This document shows positions 10,958-24,632 of a DNA stretch of 64,000 nucleotides, in pieces (within the stretch, counting starts at the first letter, position 1; each line of letters opens with the position of its first letter). The position numbers and the translations under genes are program-made. The DNA lies in the NCBI GenBank assembly GCA_000165345.1, contig CM000436.1, positions 288,001 through 352,000 of the forward strand, read 5' to 3'. Below the pieces are notes generated by a model that saw nothing but the letters and a program-made list of their open reading frames with translations, made no database searches and was not told the DNA's origin.

Positions 10958-11653
10958 GATTTTGTTTTAATTTCAAACTACTTAATTTACTTGGATAATT
11001 TTAGATAGATAGAAAAAGAGAGATAATGAAGGAAAAAGAAAAAAAAACAAGAAACAAATCAATTCAATATTAATCGCTATATTACTAGTCCATAGGAATA
11101 ATCTGTCAATTTTACGATTTGTACTCCAATTTTACTTTCTTTCATTATATTATTCATTTAAATATATTATTTCTATAATCTTATTCAACGAATCCTTTTT
11201 TTTATTTTTCTTTCAAATTTGATCTTAATTCATCTTTTTTTTTCCCCTATTGAAATTAACCGATATAATCAATAAATTAAAAAAAAGTTTCCCACATGCG
11301 GCGGGAAAATATTGGCGCCTCATGCCAGATTAATTTATATAATTTTATATAATGGATCATTAAGTTAAATAATAGTGCAGTTAATAATAATAAAAGTTAA
11401 TAATTGTAATATAATAATAATATTAATATTTGAAAAATTAGTATTAAAAATATATTTATATATAAATAAATATACATAAATATATAAACATTTATTTATA
11501 AATATATATTGGAGTTTAGTGGGAAAGAAAAAAGATCAAGTAAATAAGAAGGTTTGTAGAAGATTGTGTGCAAAGAATTTAAGTAATATTAGGATAGTGT
11601 AAATAAGTTTGGATATTATATATAAATATAGAAAAGTAAGTGTTTGGTAGAAA

Positions 11654-12313
11654 ATGAATGGGTTTAGATTGTGTGGTGATATGCTCCACCTTTTGAGCAT
11701 TTTTCTTCTTTTAAAAAAGTTAAGAAAGAGTAAGAGTTGTTTGGGTATTTCATGTAAGATGCAGGAAATCTATTTGATAGTATTTTGTAGTAGATATATT
11801 GATTTATTATGGAGTTTTGTATCAGTATATAATACTTTAATGAAAGTTGTATTTATTGCAAGTACTAGTTATTGTATATATTTAATGAGATATCAAATTC
11901 CAATCAGTAGAACTTACGATTCAAATGCAGATAGTTTTCCATATCATAAATATTTATTATTACCAGCCCTATTATTGGGTTTTATTACTTCTGAAAAATG
12001 GATAGTTTCTGAGATATTATGGAGTTTTTCAATCTGGCTTGAATCTGTTGCAATTTTGCCCCAATTAGTACTTTTACAACAATTAAGAGAAGTAGAAAAT
12101 TTAACATCAAATTATGTTGTAACTATGGGACTTTATAGATTATTTTATATTTTTAACTGGATTTACCGTTTCTATGCTCAACATTATGTAAACTGGGTTG
12201 GCTGGATTGGAGGACTAATTCAAACAGCAATTTATGTGGATTTCTTTTACTATTATGCAATGAGTAAATGGTATGGCCAGAAATTGATACTTCCTTATTC
12301 TATTGAGATTTAG
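11654..12313 (+). CDS. ERD2: ER lumen protein-retaining receptor (KDEL receptor, ERD2)
   Basis: The 219-aa protein begins MNGFRLCGDMLHLLSIFLLLKKLRKSKSCLGISCKMQEIYLIVFCSRYIDL, matching the ERD2 consensus [37 protein letters not shown]...TRYLDLF. It is a seven-TM hydrophobic protein of the right length. Confidence 0.9.
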   Translation: MNGFRLCGDMLHLLSIFLLLKKLRKSKSCLGISCKMQEIYLIVFCSRYIDLLWSFVSVYNTLMKVVFIASTSYCIYLMRYQIPISRTYDSNADSFPYHKYLLLPALLLGFITSEKWIVSEILWSFSIWLESVAILPQLVLLQQLREVENLTSNYVVTMGLYRLFYIFNWIYRFYAQHYVNWVGWIGGLIQTAIYVDFFYYYAMSKWYGQKLILPYSIEI

Positions 12314-12693
12314 TTCATGTAATTATTTATATTTTCTGCAGTATATATTGAATATTGAGTATAAGTAGAATAAATAAGATGAATTTCTAAGGAAGACTTT
12401 CAGATAAGTGAGGGGAGGGGGGAGGGAGGCATCGGAGTGTAGGTCAAATTCACGATCCTCTGCTTTTTTTTTTCTATTTTTTAATATTCTTTCTCTTCCA
12501 ATTAGCATCTAAACTGAGTATAAATTAAGAATCTCATTCTTTTAGTATCAAAAAGAGAAAAAGAAGAAATAAAGGAAGAGAAGTAAAAACATATATTACT
12601 TAGTATTAATTTGGACAAAGTTGAATAAAATAGAGAAAGAATTAGTGACCTATTATTTCATGTTCACTCTAATTAAAAAGTATATTTTCAATA

Positions 12694-13360
12694 TTAAATC
12701 TTTGAGTTTTTGATGATTTGGTCCAACATAAGTTTTTCAGCTATAATAAGTTTTTCTTGTATATATGGAGATCCTCTATATTTTCCACTTGCTTCATTCA
12801 ATTCAAGCATTCTTCTTGCAATCTAAAGAACAATATGAATAATTCAAGTTAGAAATAATGCCAATATATGAAGATACATTTTTTTAAAAATTTCTTTATT
12901 AGTTGAGAAAGATTTGAACCATATTTCAACAGAAATTTGGTTATACAAACTTTCAGAAGAGATTGATATAATGATATTTATTATAAACTACAACACTTAC
13001 CTTTTGTATATCTTCTACAGAATACTTCTTCCCAAATTCGGTACCTAGGATTTTGTTTGCTTCTCCAAGAGTCATTTTACTTCCAAAATTGATAGATCGA
13101 ATTGCTTTAATACCATCTAAATCAATTTTAAAGTTTTAATGATAGAATTATATTTGAATATTTAACAAATTTTAGATAAACAAACCTTTATATGAATCTT
13201 TAAAACATTGCTTTACAACACTTTGTAAGGATCCTGAAGTAATCTTAATTAACTTAGTTATTACTCTGGAAATAGTTATTATTAATTATTATGAGTCAGA
13301 AATTTTGGTAAATTATTCAAGTCAACACATCTTAGCTTACCTTAAAGTCCTCGGAGACAT
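12694..13360 (-). CDS. PAM16: PAM16/TIM16 (Magmas)-like mitochondrial import motor subunit, four exons
   Basis: This gene is not in the ORF track. The minus-strand exons are 13341-13360 (ATG TCT CCG AGG ACT TTA AG|GTAAGC), 13186-13265, 13001-13116 and 12694-12822 (ending at TAA). The three introns are 13266-13340, 13117-13185 and 12823-13000, with donors GTAAGC, GTTTGT and GTAAGT and acceptors CAG, TAG and TAG. The spliced 114-aa product is MSPRTLRVITKLIKITSGSLQSVVKQCFKDSYKDGIKAIRSINFGSKMTLGEANKILGTEFGKKYSVEDIQKIARRMLELNEASGKYRGSPYIQEKLIIAEKLMLDQIIKNSKI. Compare Magmas LAQIIVMGVQVVGRAF...[52 protein letters not shown]. E2F-like (GGCGGGAAA) and GCATGCA sites lie upstream at 13835-13858. Confidence 0.6.
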
Positions 13361-13834
13361 TCTTATTGAAATACCATAAAATTAATAATATGCTTATTTT
13401 TCTATCTTTCCATGTATTTATTAGATTTATATATAATATATATTATATAGCCAAAATGTACTAATATAAGCATTAATTGTTTATATTACCATTTCTTTCT
13501 TAAATAGAAATTCAAAATCCAATAAGAAATAATGCAAAGAAAAGATATAAATTCAATATTAAGAACTGAAATTAATATGAATGAATGTGAAGTAGAAAAA
13601 CTATTATTGTAATCACTTGATAACTTGTATTATTTGTGGGGAAAAGTAAAAAGCTGAAAAATTAAGAAATCTATAATTTATTAACCAATTATTTTATAAA
13701 TGAAATAGACCATTAAAAAAATGAATCTAATTAATGATTTAAATCCTTATTTTATTTCCTTCTTACAATCAAAATTTATTATTAAAATTATAAATGATTA
13801 CCCCCCAACCGCTTTTATAGAAAGAATTTGCGAT

Positions 13835-13858
13835 TTAGGCGGGAAAGATTGCATGCAG
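13835..13858. promoter_or_regulatory. TTAGGCGGGAAAgattGCATGCAG upstream of the PAM16-like gene
   Basis: Lies about 475 nt upstream of the PAM16 ATG (13360, minus) and just 3' of the HBS1-like stop. Confidence 0.45.
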
Positions 13859-13962
13859 AAATGTAGTAGAGAATAACAATAATAACAGTGGTAATAGTAA
13901 TAATAATAATAGTAATAATAATAAAAATAATAATTAATTAATTAATTAAACAATTAAAAAAT

Positions 13963-15555
13963 TTAATGAAAGATCATTTCTCCAATAAGAACGGTGATTC
14001 CAAAAAATCGAACTGAGACTTTACTTAGATTAGTATTATCATTACATGAACATTTATTATATGAAACAATTTCTTTTTCAGTTTCAAAATAAAATATGTC
14101 ATCCCTGACACTAAGTAAAATGGCGGGAGAAGCTTCACAATGGTAATAAATCATAAAAGATTGACCAGGAACATTCCAAAATATATTTTTGGAACTTAAA
14201 AGAATTTCATTCAAGAATTTAAGACATTTTACTTTAAGTTTTGTGGAAATTTGTATTGGATATAAACTTGAAAGTAGAGATGTAATAGGTGTGTTACTAT
14301 TACGTCTTGTATTATTTTTAGAAGAAATAGTTGATACAATAATATTACCAATGCTAGGATGAATATTGCAATTAAATGTTGCAGAAGAGATATAAATGGG
14401 TCCATTACATGTATTGTATGTATGATCATGAATAGAAATAGCTTTACATTTAACAGATTCACTGAAAGGGAGTACATGATAAGATTGACCAACTTTAAGT
14501 TGACCATATTCAATATATAATGATGCTTTAAATTCAGATGAAGATACTGAGATGATTTCTAGAATACATGCAGAAAAAGAAGTAAATTGTTTAGATTCTT
14601 TATGACAATGACATTCAATAGGGCGTGGTATAGATCTTTTTGAACTTTGATTAATGCTTGATAGAATTTCAAACAAACTAGGCCCTTGATACCAAGAAGA
14701 AAGTTCTTTGGGAAAGGTGTTATTTTTATCATTAAGAATATTGACTCCATGATATGCACTTATTGGTAAAAAAATAATATTTGAATCATTTTTAATATCA
14801 GCAAGTTCTAAATTTATATAATTACTTATTGTATTAACAATATTTGAATAAACTTGTTCATCCCAATTACATAGATCCAATTTATTAACAGCAAAAATAA
14901 TATTCGATACATCTGCTAGAAGTGAATAAATAATATGTTCAATAGTTTGGCCTTTTTGAAATCCTGAATCAAATCCTGAGCTATCAATAACTACAATAAT
15001 ATTATCAGAAAACATTGATATTGAAAAGCTGTTAGGTATAAATTCAGAATGTCCTGGTGCATCCAATATTGTAACAAGTTTTTTTTCAATCATCATACTT
15101 TTAGCTGATATATTGATTGTAATTCCTCTTTCCCTTTCATCATCACAATCATCAAATATCCAAGCATATGCAAAAGATCCTTTTCCAATGATCTCACTTT
15201 CTTTCTTGTACTTTCTCATCACTCCCTCACTAATTAGTCCCAAACTCACAAATAAATGACCCATCAAAGTTGATTTACCAGAATCAACATGGCCTAACAC
15301 TACACAGCTGTAATTATCTATTGTAGGTGTTGATATTATTTCATTTTTCATCTGAATTTTTACTCCTTTATCCTGATTTTGTTTAGCCACATGTTTTTTA
15401 TCTGTTTGTACTGTAGGTTTTGTCTTTACTGTTTTTGTTATTGTTTCTCTTTCATATGCCACATTATCATCATCATCTGAATAGTAATCAGAGTCATAGG
15501 CATCATAATAATCATCATCTGTCAATTCCACATACTTTGATCGTGTACGTGCCAT
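13963..15555 (-). CDS. HBS1/eRF3-family translational GTPase (EF1-alpha-like) with an acidic Tyr-rich N-terminal extension
   Basis: The track ORF starts at GTG 15561; the first ATG is at 15553-15555 (MARTRSKYVEL). G1 GHVDSGKSTLMGHL, G3 ILDAPGHSEF and G4 AVNKLD motifs are present in EF1A-family spacing. A length of about 530 aa, the N-terminal extension and the divergent C-terminal beta-barrel region fit HBS1/Ski7 or eRF3 rather than EF1A itself. Confidence 0.75.
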   Translation of the reverse strand: MARTRSKYVELTDDDYYDAYDSDYYSDDDDNVAYERETITKTVKTKPTVQTDKKHVAKQNQDKGVKIQMKNEIISTPTIDNYSCVVLGHVDSGKSTLMGHLFVSLGLISEGVMRKYKKESEIIGKGSFAYAWIFDDCDDERERGITINISAKSMMIEKKLVTILDAPGHSEFIPNSFSISMFSDNIIVVIDSSGFDSGFQKGQTIEHIIYSLLADVSNIIFAVNKLDLCNWDEQVYSNIVNTISNYINLELADIKNDSNIIFLPISAYHGVNILNDKNNTFPKELSSWYQGPSLFEILSSINQSSKRSIPRPIECHCHKESKQFTSFSACILEIISVSSSEFKASLYIEYGQLKVGQSYHVLPFSESVKCKAISIHDHTYNTCNGPIYISSATFNCNIHPSIGNIIVSTISSKNNTRRNSNTPITSLLSSLYPIQISTKLKVKCLKFLNEILLSSKNIFWNVPGQSFMIYYHCEASPAILLSVRDDIFYFETEKEIVSYNKCSCNDNTNLSKVSVRFFGITVLIGEMIFH

Positions 15556-15759
15556 TGTCACCTATTGACAGTTTCTTCAACTAATAATAATAATAAACAG
15601 ATAATTATGTTGCTCTGGTTTTGTTATAGATTTGTATTATTCTATATTTCATTCACCCTTTCTTCTTTTTTTACTGATTTTTATTCCACACTTTTATCTT
15701 GTTTTCTTTTTTTACCTTTAATAACGTAATTATAATAAATATATTATTTTAAACAAATG

Positions 15760-15784
15760 TCGGCGCCAAACATTTGGCGCCGGT
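15760..15784. promoter_or_regulatory. tandem palindromic E2F-like sites TCGGCGCCAAAcattTTGGCGCCGG in a divergent promoter
   Basis: Lies between the HBS1-like gene (minus, ATG 15555) and the CRAL-TRIO gene (plus, ATG 16257). A second island, TGCATGCAGAGTACCGGCAT, lies at 16053-16072. Confidence 0.55.
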
Positions 15785-16256
15785 TCGGTGTAAAGTCTAA
15801 TTTTAATATTATTGCATTGAATAGTGCATGGAGGGAAAGAAAGAAAAAAAGATATTATGAAAATGGAAGTTAACAAGTAGATAAAGTAAAAATTGAAAAA
15901 TTTGTATATATTTATAAGTAAATTTATATTAGTTATAGATTTGTAATGGATTTATAAGAGAAAATAATCACAAATTAAAGAATAATAATTTAGACTTTAA
16001 AAAAAAAAAAATTATATTAAAAAAATTTTAGGGGTAAATATTAAAAAAAAAATGCATGCAGAGTACCGGCATTATAATTATTAGTATTTTTATTAAAAAA
16101 AAAACAAATAAATAAATAAATTTTTATTAATATAAATTTAGGATTAGAAATATTAATATAAATTAAAATTAACTAATTAAATAATAAATACAATTTCTTA
16201 GAATGATAATAAAGTTTAAAAACTTTGATTTACTTGATTAAAAAGTTAATACAAAA

Positions 16257-17556
16257 ATGGAGAGTATAAATAAAAGATCAAATAGAATAGAGTTAGCATT
16301 GGATGATTGGGCAAAGCTCGTGAAAAAATCATATTCAGTAGAAATTGATCAAATTAAAAAGAAACACTCAAAAATATTAAATCAATATAAACCTGATCGA
16401 ACAATATATATGGAAAATGTATTATCATATCAATATACTAAAAATATTTGTTTATTAGCAAGTGAAATAATTCGAAGAAATGGTGTATCATATTTAATAA
16501 TTGATTTCTTGAAACAAATGTTATTTTTAAGAGGTTTTTTTGCATTAACAAAAGACAGTATACTAATGCAACTTACAAGATTTTCAACATATATGAAATT
16601 AGTAGAGGTAAGTTTTCCTATTATTATATTAATAAAGTAAATGAAATAATTACATTTTTATTACTTATTTAAAATATTAGGATGGAATGAATGCTATATT
16701 TGAATCAAATAATAGTCAACATAAATCAACATTAAATATGATCAAGGAAAATAGAAGAAGAATTCTGATATATAATCTTAGAAAAGTTCTAGGGAGTGGT
16801 ATTGGTCTTAAACATGATAAACAACCAGTATTTTATATTAGAGTAGTTGATCTACATTTGAAAACAACTTTATCATTTGGATCAATCAGTGAACTTAGAC
16901 AATTGATTGTTTGGGAATTAGAAAAAGTAATATATTCTTTTTCAGAAATATCAATGAAAGAAAAGAATTTTATATCTCATATTTCATTAGTTTTAGATTT
17001 TAGTGAAATGGGGATTTATACTTGTAAAGTGGAATTTCAATCTTTTATGAGATTAATTTCAGAAATTTTAGATTTTTATTCTCCTTTATTAATTAATACA
17101 ATAATAATTCACAAATCAAAATCTTTAAAAGAGAATTTATGGTATTCTATTGAGCCAATTATTTCATTATTATATGATAGAGAAATTATTACAATTTTTA
17201 CTGATACGGAAGAAGAACTTTGGAAACTTTTGAAACCTATGAATAATGCTATTCTTCATTCAAGGGGTGGATTTATACCAAATACTTGTTTATACCCAGT
17301 TTGTTCTAGATCAACTGTTGTTCCAAATATTGAATTATGTATTCAAAAAGAAAATGATCAACAACATGAAACTTGCAATAAATATTCTACATATAAAAGT
17401 TTCTTTTTATCATTTAAACCAGATTTATCAATTAAAAAATTCATTAATAATTGTGTAAGTATAGAATGTAAATCTATTGATAGATCATATTGGACTGAAG
17501 AACAAAATGTAATAAAGACTGAACAAGTTCAGAAAAATTTTATTTATGATATTTAA
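16257..17556 (+). CDS. CRAL-TRIO (Sec14-like) lipid-binding domain protein, two exons
   Basis: Track ORFs 16257-16640 and 16687-17556 are separated by a 73-nt intron at 16608-16680. Exon 1 ends ...AAA TTA GTA GAG|GTAAGT and the intron ends ...AAAATATTAG|GAT GGA ATG, in frame. The spliced product reads ...TYMKLVE|DGMNAIFE.... Exon 2 carries a Sec14-like fold pattern: KQPVFYIRVVDLHL, ISLVLDFSEMGI, ISEILDFYSPLLINTIIIHKSKSLKENLWYSIEPIISLLYDREIITIF. Compare Sec14 GRPVYFEELGAVNL...IMDLKGISIS...[40 protein letters not shown]. Confidence 0.5.
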
Positions 17557-18881
17557 TGATTGATTGCTCAGTACCCTTAGATATTATATTAATTATTATA
17601 CTAAATTTATAGAATATGTTGCAACAAAAACAATATGATAGTTGAATAATTTATATATTAAATTCAGGCATTTGAGTTAGTTTTTTGTTTGTAATAAAAC
17701 ACTAATAATTGGATTAAAATATGTTTACTTTAAATAGTTTTAATTAATTAAAAATCAACCTGTTTATTTTACTCTTCTATTTCACACTTTTTTTCTACAT
17801 TTATTCTTTTCATTCTATATTATTTTTTTTCTATTATTAATTATTTTGATTCATAATTTACATGCAAAAAGGCGCCAAATAATTGGCGCCACAAACTTTA
17901 TGTCACAATTTAATAGAGGTTAGAACTAGTTGATAAAAAAGAAAAAAGAAAGAAAGAAAGAAATTAGAACACAATATATATGTATTTGGTAGAAAAGGTT
18001 GAGTTATACTTGGAATGCTATAAATATGAACAAGCAGTAAGTTTTAACAAATATATTTTAAATAGTGATCTATTTGTACATTTTCTTTTTTTTTTTGAAA
18101 ATCAAAATATCATATTAATTGAAAAGAGTATAATTAGATCAAATATATATAATAAATATTTATTGTTTTAACTTGTTATATTAGTGTAATTATAATTGAT
18201 TATAAATCAAAAGAATTAGCAAATATAGTAATGGAATGTATTAAGCCTGATTTTATTTTATCTAAAAATACGAAAGATTCAAGAAGAGAAATAATGGTAG
18301 ACAACACAGAATTAATAGTGTAAGTTAACTTTACATGCTTTTTGTTTTTCAGTTTATCAATAACTTCAGTGAAATAGAAAGTTCTAATGTTCAAATTCTA
18401 AGAAAAACAGTAAATGCAATATATGGAGCTTTAATTTTGTCGACTAAAACAATTGAAGAGTTTAGTAATATATAAGAGTGAATTCTTCACAATTTATATC
18501 TTTATTGAATTTGAGTATGAATCAAGTTCTTTAAAAATAGGTCTAATAAGTAAAAAGTATTAATAATAGATATTAATATTCCAATGAAATTTAATAACTT
18601 TTTAAAAATATATATCTTTATGTATGTAAATATATCTATATGCATAAATAAAAATGTTAAAGCTTGGAAATATATAATATTTATCTATTTACCTGTATTC
18701 ATACATATATATAGATAAATAGGTAAATATTTATTAGTTTTATTTCTTTCCACTTGTGAATGGATATTATCCGTGATTATATCAACTTTTCCCCTTCCCC
18801 TCATATTTGGCGCTCAAAGGTACCGTTGTATGTAATAATTTACTGAGGGAAAAAAAGGATTATTAAGCATTAAATAAATAA

Positions 18882-18931
<50 letters not shown>

Positions 18932-19081
18932 TAAAGGTAAATCAGGAAAGTAGTAAAATTACGAGGATTAATAGTTCTTCACTAATACTTGCATATTTTC
19001 AGTCAGAAAGCCAATATAAAAGAATCTAATATATGTGGATGTAAATAAGTATATACTAAAGGAAAATAAAGTCTTAGATAT

Positions 19082-20199
<1,118 letters not shown>

Positions 20200-20970
20200 A
20201 TGCATTAATTAGTCATTTTGGTAGACGATATACTGCTACTATTACTACTATTCCTATATCTATTACCTATAATAATTTACTGTCTTTCTTCGAAAAATTC
20301 CCGGCTGCAAACATGCATTTTACCTGCATGCGTTTTTTTCAATGTGGACAAAAAAGGATAATGCTTACGTGTTTTTTTTAGTGGATAAAAAGAGTCTGAT
20401 ACCGGTATGCAAGTGCACACATTTTTTTTTTTTTAACTAATTTCATAATTTTTTTTTTTAAATCGATAATAAAAAATTAGGAATAGCAAATGAATTAATT
20501 GTTTTAATTTTTGTTATTAAGAAGAAATTAAATGGCAATGAGTGAATTAATATTTGTCGAGCAATGTGTTATAGTTATCAGAGATCTCTAAACAAAAATT
20601 CGAGTAATAATGAGGGGTGAAAGTGGATATTCATTATATATAAAGTATATAGGAGATATATATTATAAATATAATTTAAGATATAGTACTCTTCGACCGA
20701 TAATGGCGGGAAGATCTACTGAAGTTATTTAAATATTGCAAATTTGCACCATACCCACAGTGGAAATGAATACAAGGGAATAATTATTTTGAATAGAATT
20801 CGAAAAAACAAGTATAATAATAAAGAAAATAAATCTTGAGTGTAATTCAAGTATAAACAAATATTATTAATAAATAAATATATTTTTATTTATATATATT
20901 TATCTATATACATATTTGCATATATTCGGTGTTTCTGAAATACATTAATATAATTTTAAAAAACAAAAAG

Positions 20971-22533
<1,563 letters not shown>

Positions 22534-23243
22534 ATATTTTCTTTAAGAGAGATTAAATAAATATTTGCTATTCAAAATACATCATAAAGAAAAATATTTA
22601 AAAGATTAAATATTAATAATAATAATAATAATTTACAATTTAAAAACATTTTCAGATTTAAACCAAATTACTTTGATTAATATTTAATTTAAGTAGTATG
22701 TAAACAATACACATATTATTATTATTATTATTATTATTATCATTATTAATACTCATATGCTTCTTTTTTCTTCAATCTTTTAATTCTGTCTCATTTTTAT
22801 TTGCATTTATTAATAAAGTTGTAAAATTTGGTTTCCACATTAATTTTTTTATATTTATATACCGGTATATTACGTAATACAATAACGGTATTATTTATGT
22901 GGATATTAAATATATTACGTTTAAATTGCATGTACATGTACATGCAAATGCAAATACGTATGAATACATAAATCTAATATTCTGTATATATTTATGGTTG
23001 ATAATTGGCTTAGAAATATACAAAAAATGTAAGAAAAAAAAATTGTATTGACTAAATAGGAAAGAAATTATTTATTTATACAAAGTAAAATCATCAATGC
23101 TAATTTATAAATATTCAAAGAACTTAACTAAACCTTCTTTTTAATAATTCACATTTTATTGCTTACTTTCTTTGTAATATAAAGTGCCAAAATAAAGCTT
23201 TTAATATATTAAATTTGATTCAAATTGGAAATATGGGACGATT

Positions 23244-24632
23244 CTAGTGGTAAAATAATTTTAACAGTGAATTTACTGATCCAAGTACTGAAATAATGAA
23301 AAATAATGAAAATAATAATCTGACTGGGCTTGAAGTAAATTTCTCCTTTTTATTATAAATTACTCTATGATGAATTAAAGCAGGGAATAAGAAGACAAAA
23401 ATCGAGTCAACAAATCCACCAGCCATAATTACAAGTGAACTTGGCTTATTCTGGAAACATATACCAATAATACATGATAAAAATAAAATTAAGGTAAGTA
23501 ATGAAATTCTTCCAGTTTTTGTTCTAATAAAAGTAGTTTTTTTATTAATAGTACCAGAAGCAATAACATTATTACCGTTATTAATCAATGGCATTCCTTG
23601 TTCATTAAAACCACTCTGGACATTTCTTGAACCTAACATTTCATTCAAATAGTCATTATCAATAAAATTTGTAAGGGCATCCAACATAGGATATATGTGA
23701 AGTGGAATTATAAAGAATAAAGATACCACAACCAGTAATCTTGAAATAAAGAATAAATATGATGTATCAGTCAAACTGTTAAGGAGAAATTCTTCAGTTC
23801 TATCTCCAAGAAATGAAAATGATATCAATGACATTATTGAATATGTAAATACTATTATAATACCAGTTACAGCTGTTAATATACGTAATCTACTTTTGCT
23901 TGGATTATTAAGATTAGATGCTGCTTGAATTATATTGAATTGTGCAAAGAATGCAAAAATACAAATATTCAATAATGAAAAGTAACTTGAAATTGAGTTA
24001 CTGTTGAAAGATATATTTGAAATTTCTTTAATAATATTATTAATACCAAAACCTGATGAAATTGATTGGCTAATTACTGATGCAAAGCATAGGAAAATGG
24101 AAATTACTGATAAAAATGTAAGTCCAATCCAATTAAAGCATCCTGAAGGAATACATATTGGAAAGAATAATAGTGAAAATAATGATATTATTGCAGTTTT
24201 TGAACTAAACATAAATAAATAGTCATTCACAAACCCAAAATATGAAATTAGCGCTGGTATTAAGTCTGATAAAACAATTAAAAATAATGGTATGCAAAAT
24301 AAACAATCTAAAAATACCAGAAAATCAAATAATCTTGGTATAGAAAAAAATGGATTTTCCGATCTCTGAATTCTTAAACTTGTTGTTATCTCTTCACTAT
24401 ATGCCATAAATAATAATGATCCATACGATTCTGCACCTGATTTCACACTTGCATTTGCCAAAGTCTTCATTGATAATACTGAAAATGTACCAACTATTAA
24501 TGAAATTATCAATCCTGCCATTGCACCACAATTCTTAAATGCTGCTGGAATATAAAAACATCCAACTCCAACTGAAGTTGCAACAACTATTAAAATTGTA
24601 GTTAACATTGAACTCTTCTCGTGGGAAAACAT
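23244..24632 (-). CDS. transmembrane amino acid transporter (Aa_trans / AVT-SLC38-like)
   Basis: The 462-aa polytopic membrane protein has about 11 hydrophobic segments. Its N-terminal region ...LTTILIVVATSVGVGCFYIPAAFKNCGAMAGLIISLIVGTFSVLSMKTL resembles the Aa_trans consensus (NLVNTIVGAGILSLPYAFKQAGW...). Confidence 0.6.
   Translation of the reverse strand: MFSHEKSSMLTTILIVVATSVGVGCFYIPAAFKNCGAMAGLIISLIVGTFSVLSMKTLANASVKSGAESYGSLLFMAYSEEITTSLRIQRSENPFFSIPRLFDFLVFLDCLFCIPLFLIVLSDLIPALISYFGFVNDYLFMFSSKTAIISLFSLLFFPICIPSGCFNWIGLTFLSVISIFLCFASVISQSISSGFGINNIIKEISNISFNSNSISSYFSLLNICIFAFFAQFNIIQAASNLNNPSKSRLRILTAVTGIIIVFTYSIMSLISFSFLGDRTEEFLLNSLTDTSYLFFISRLLVVVSLFFIIPLHIYPMLDALTNFIDNDYLNEMLGSRNVQSGFNEQGMPLINNGNNVIASGTINKKTTFIRTKTGRISLLTLILFLSCIIGICFQNKPSSLVIMAGGFVDSIFVFLFPALIHHRVIYNKKEKFTSSPVRLLFSLFFIISVLGSVNSLLKLFYH

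Noticed and set aside
12323-12508. 61-aa minus ORF with a G-rich core (GGGGAGGGGGGAGGGAGG)
   Set aside because: It lies in the 3' flank between the KDEL receptor stop and the PAM16 stop. It is a short, G-run-driven frame and is more likely part of 3' UTRs.
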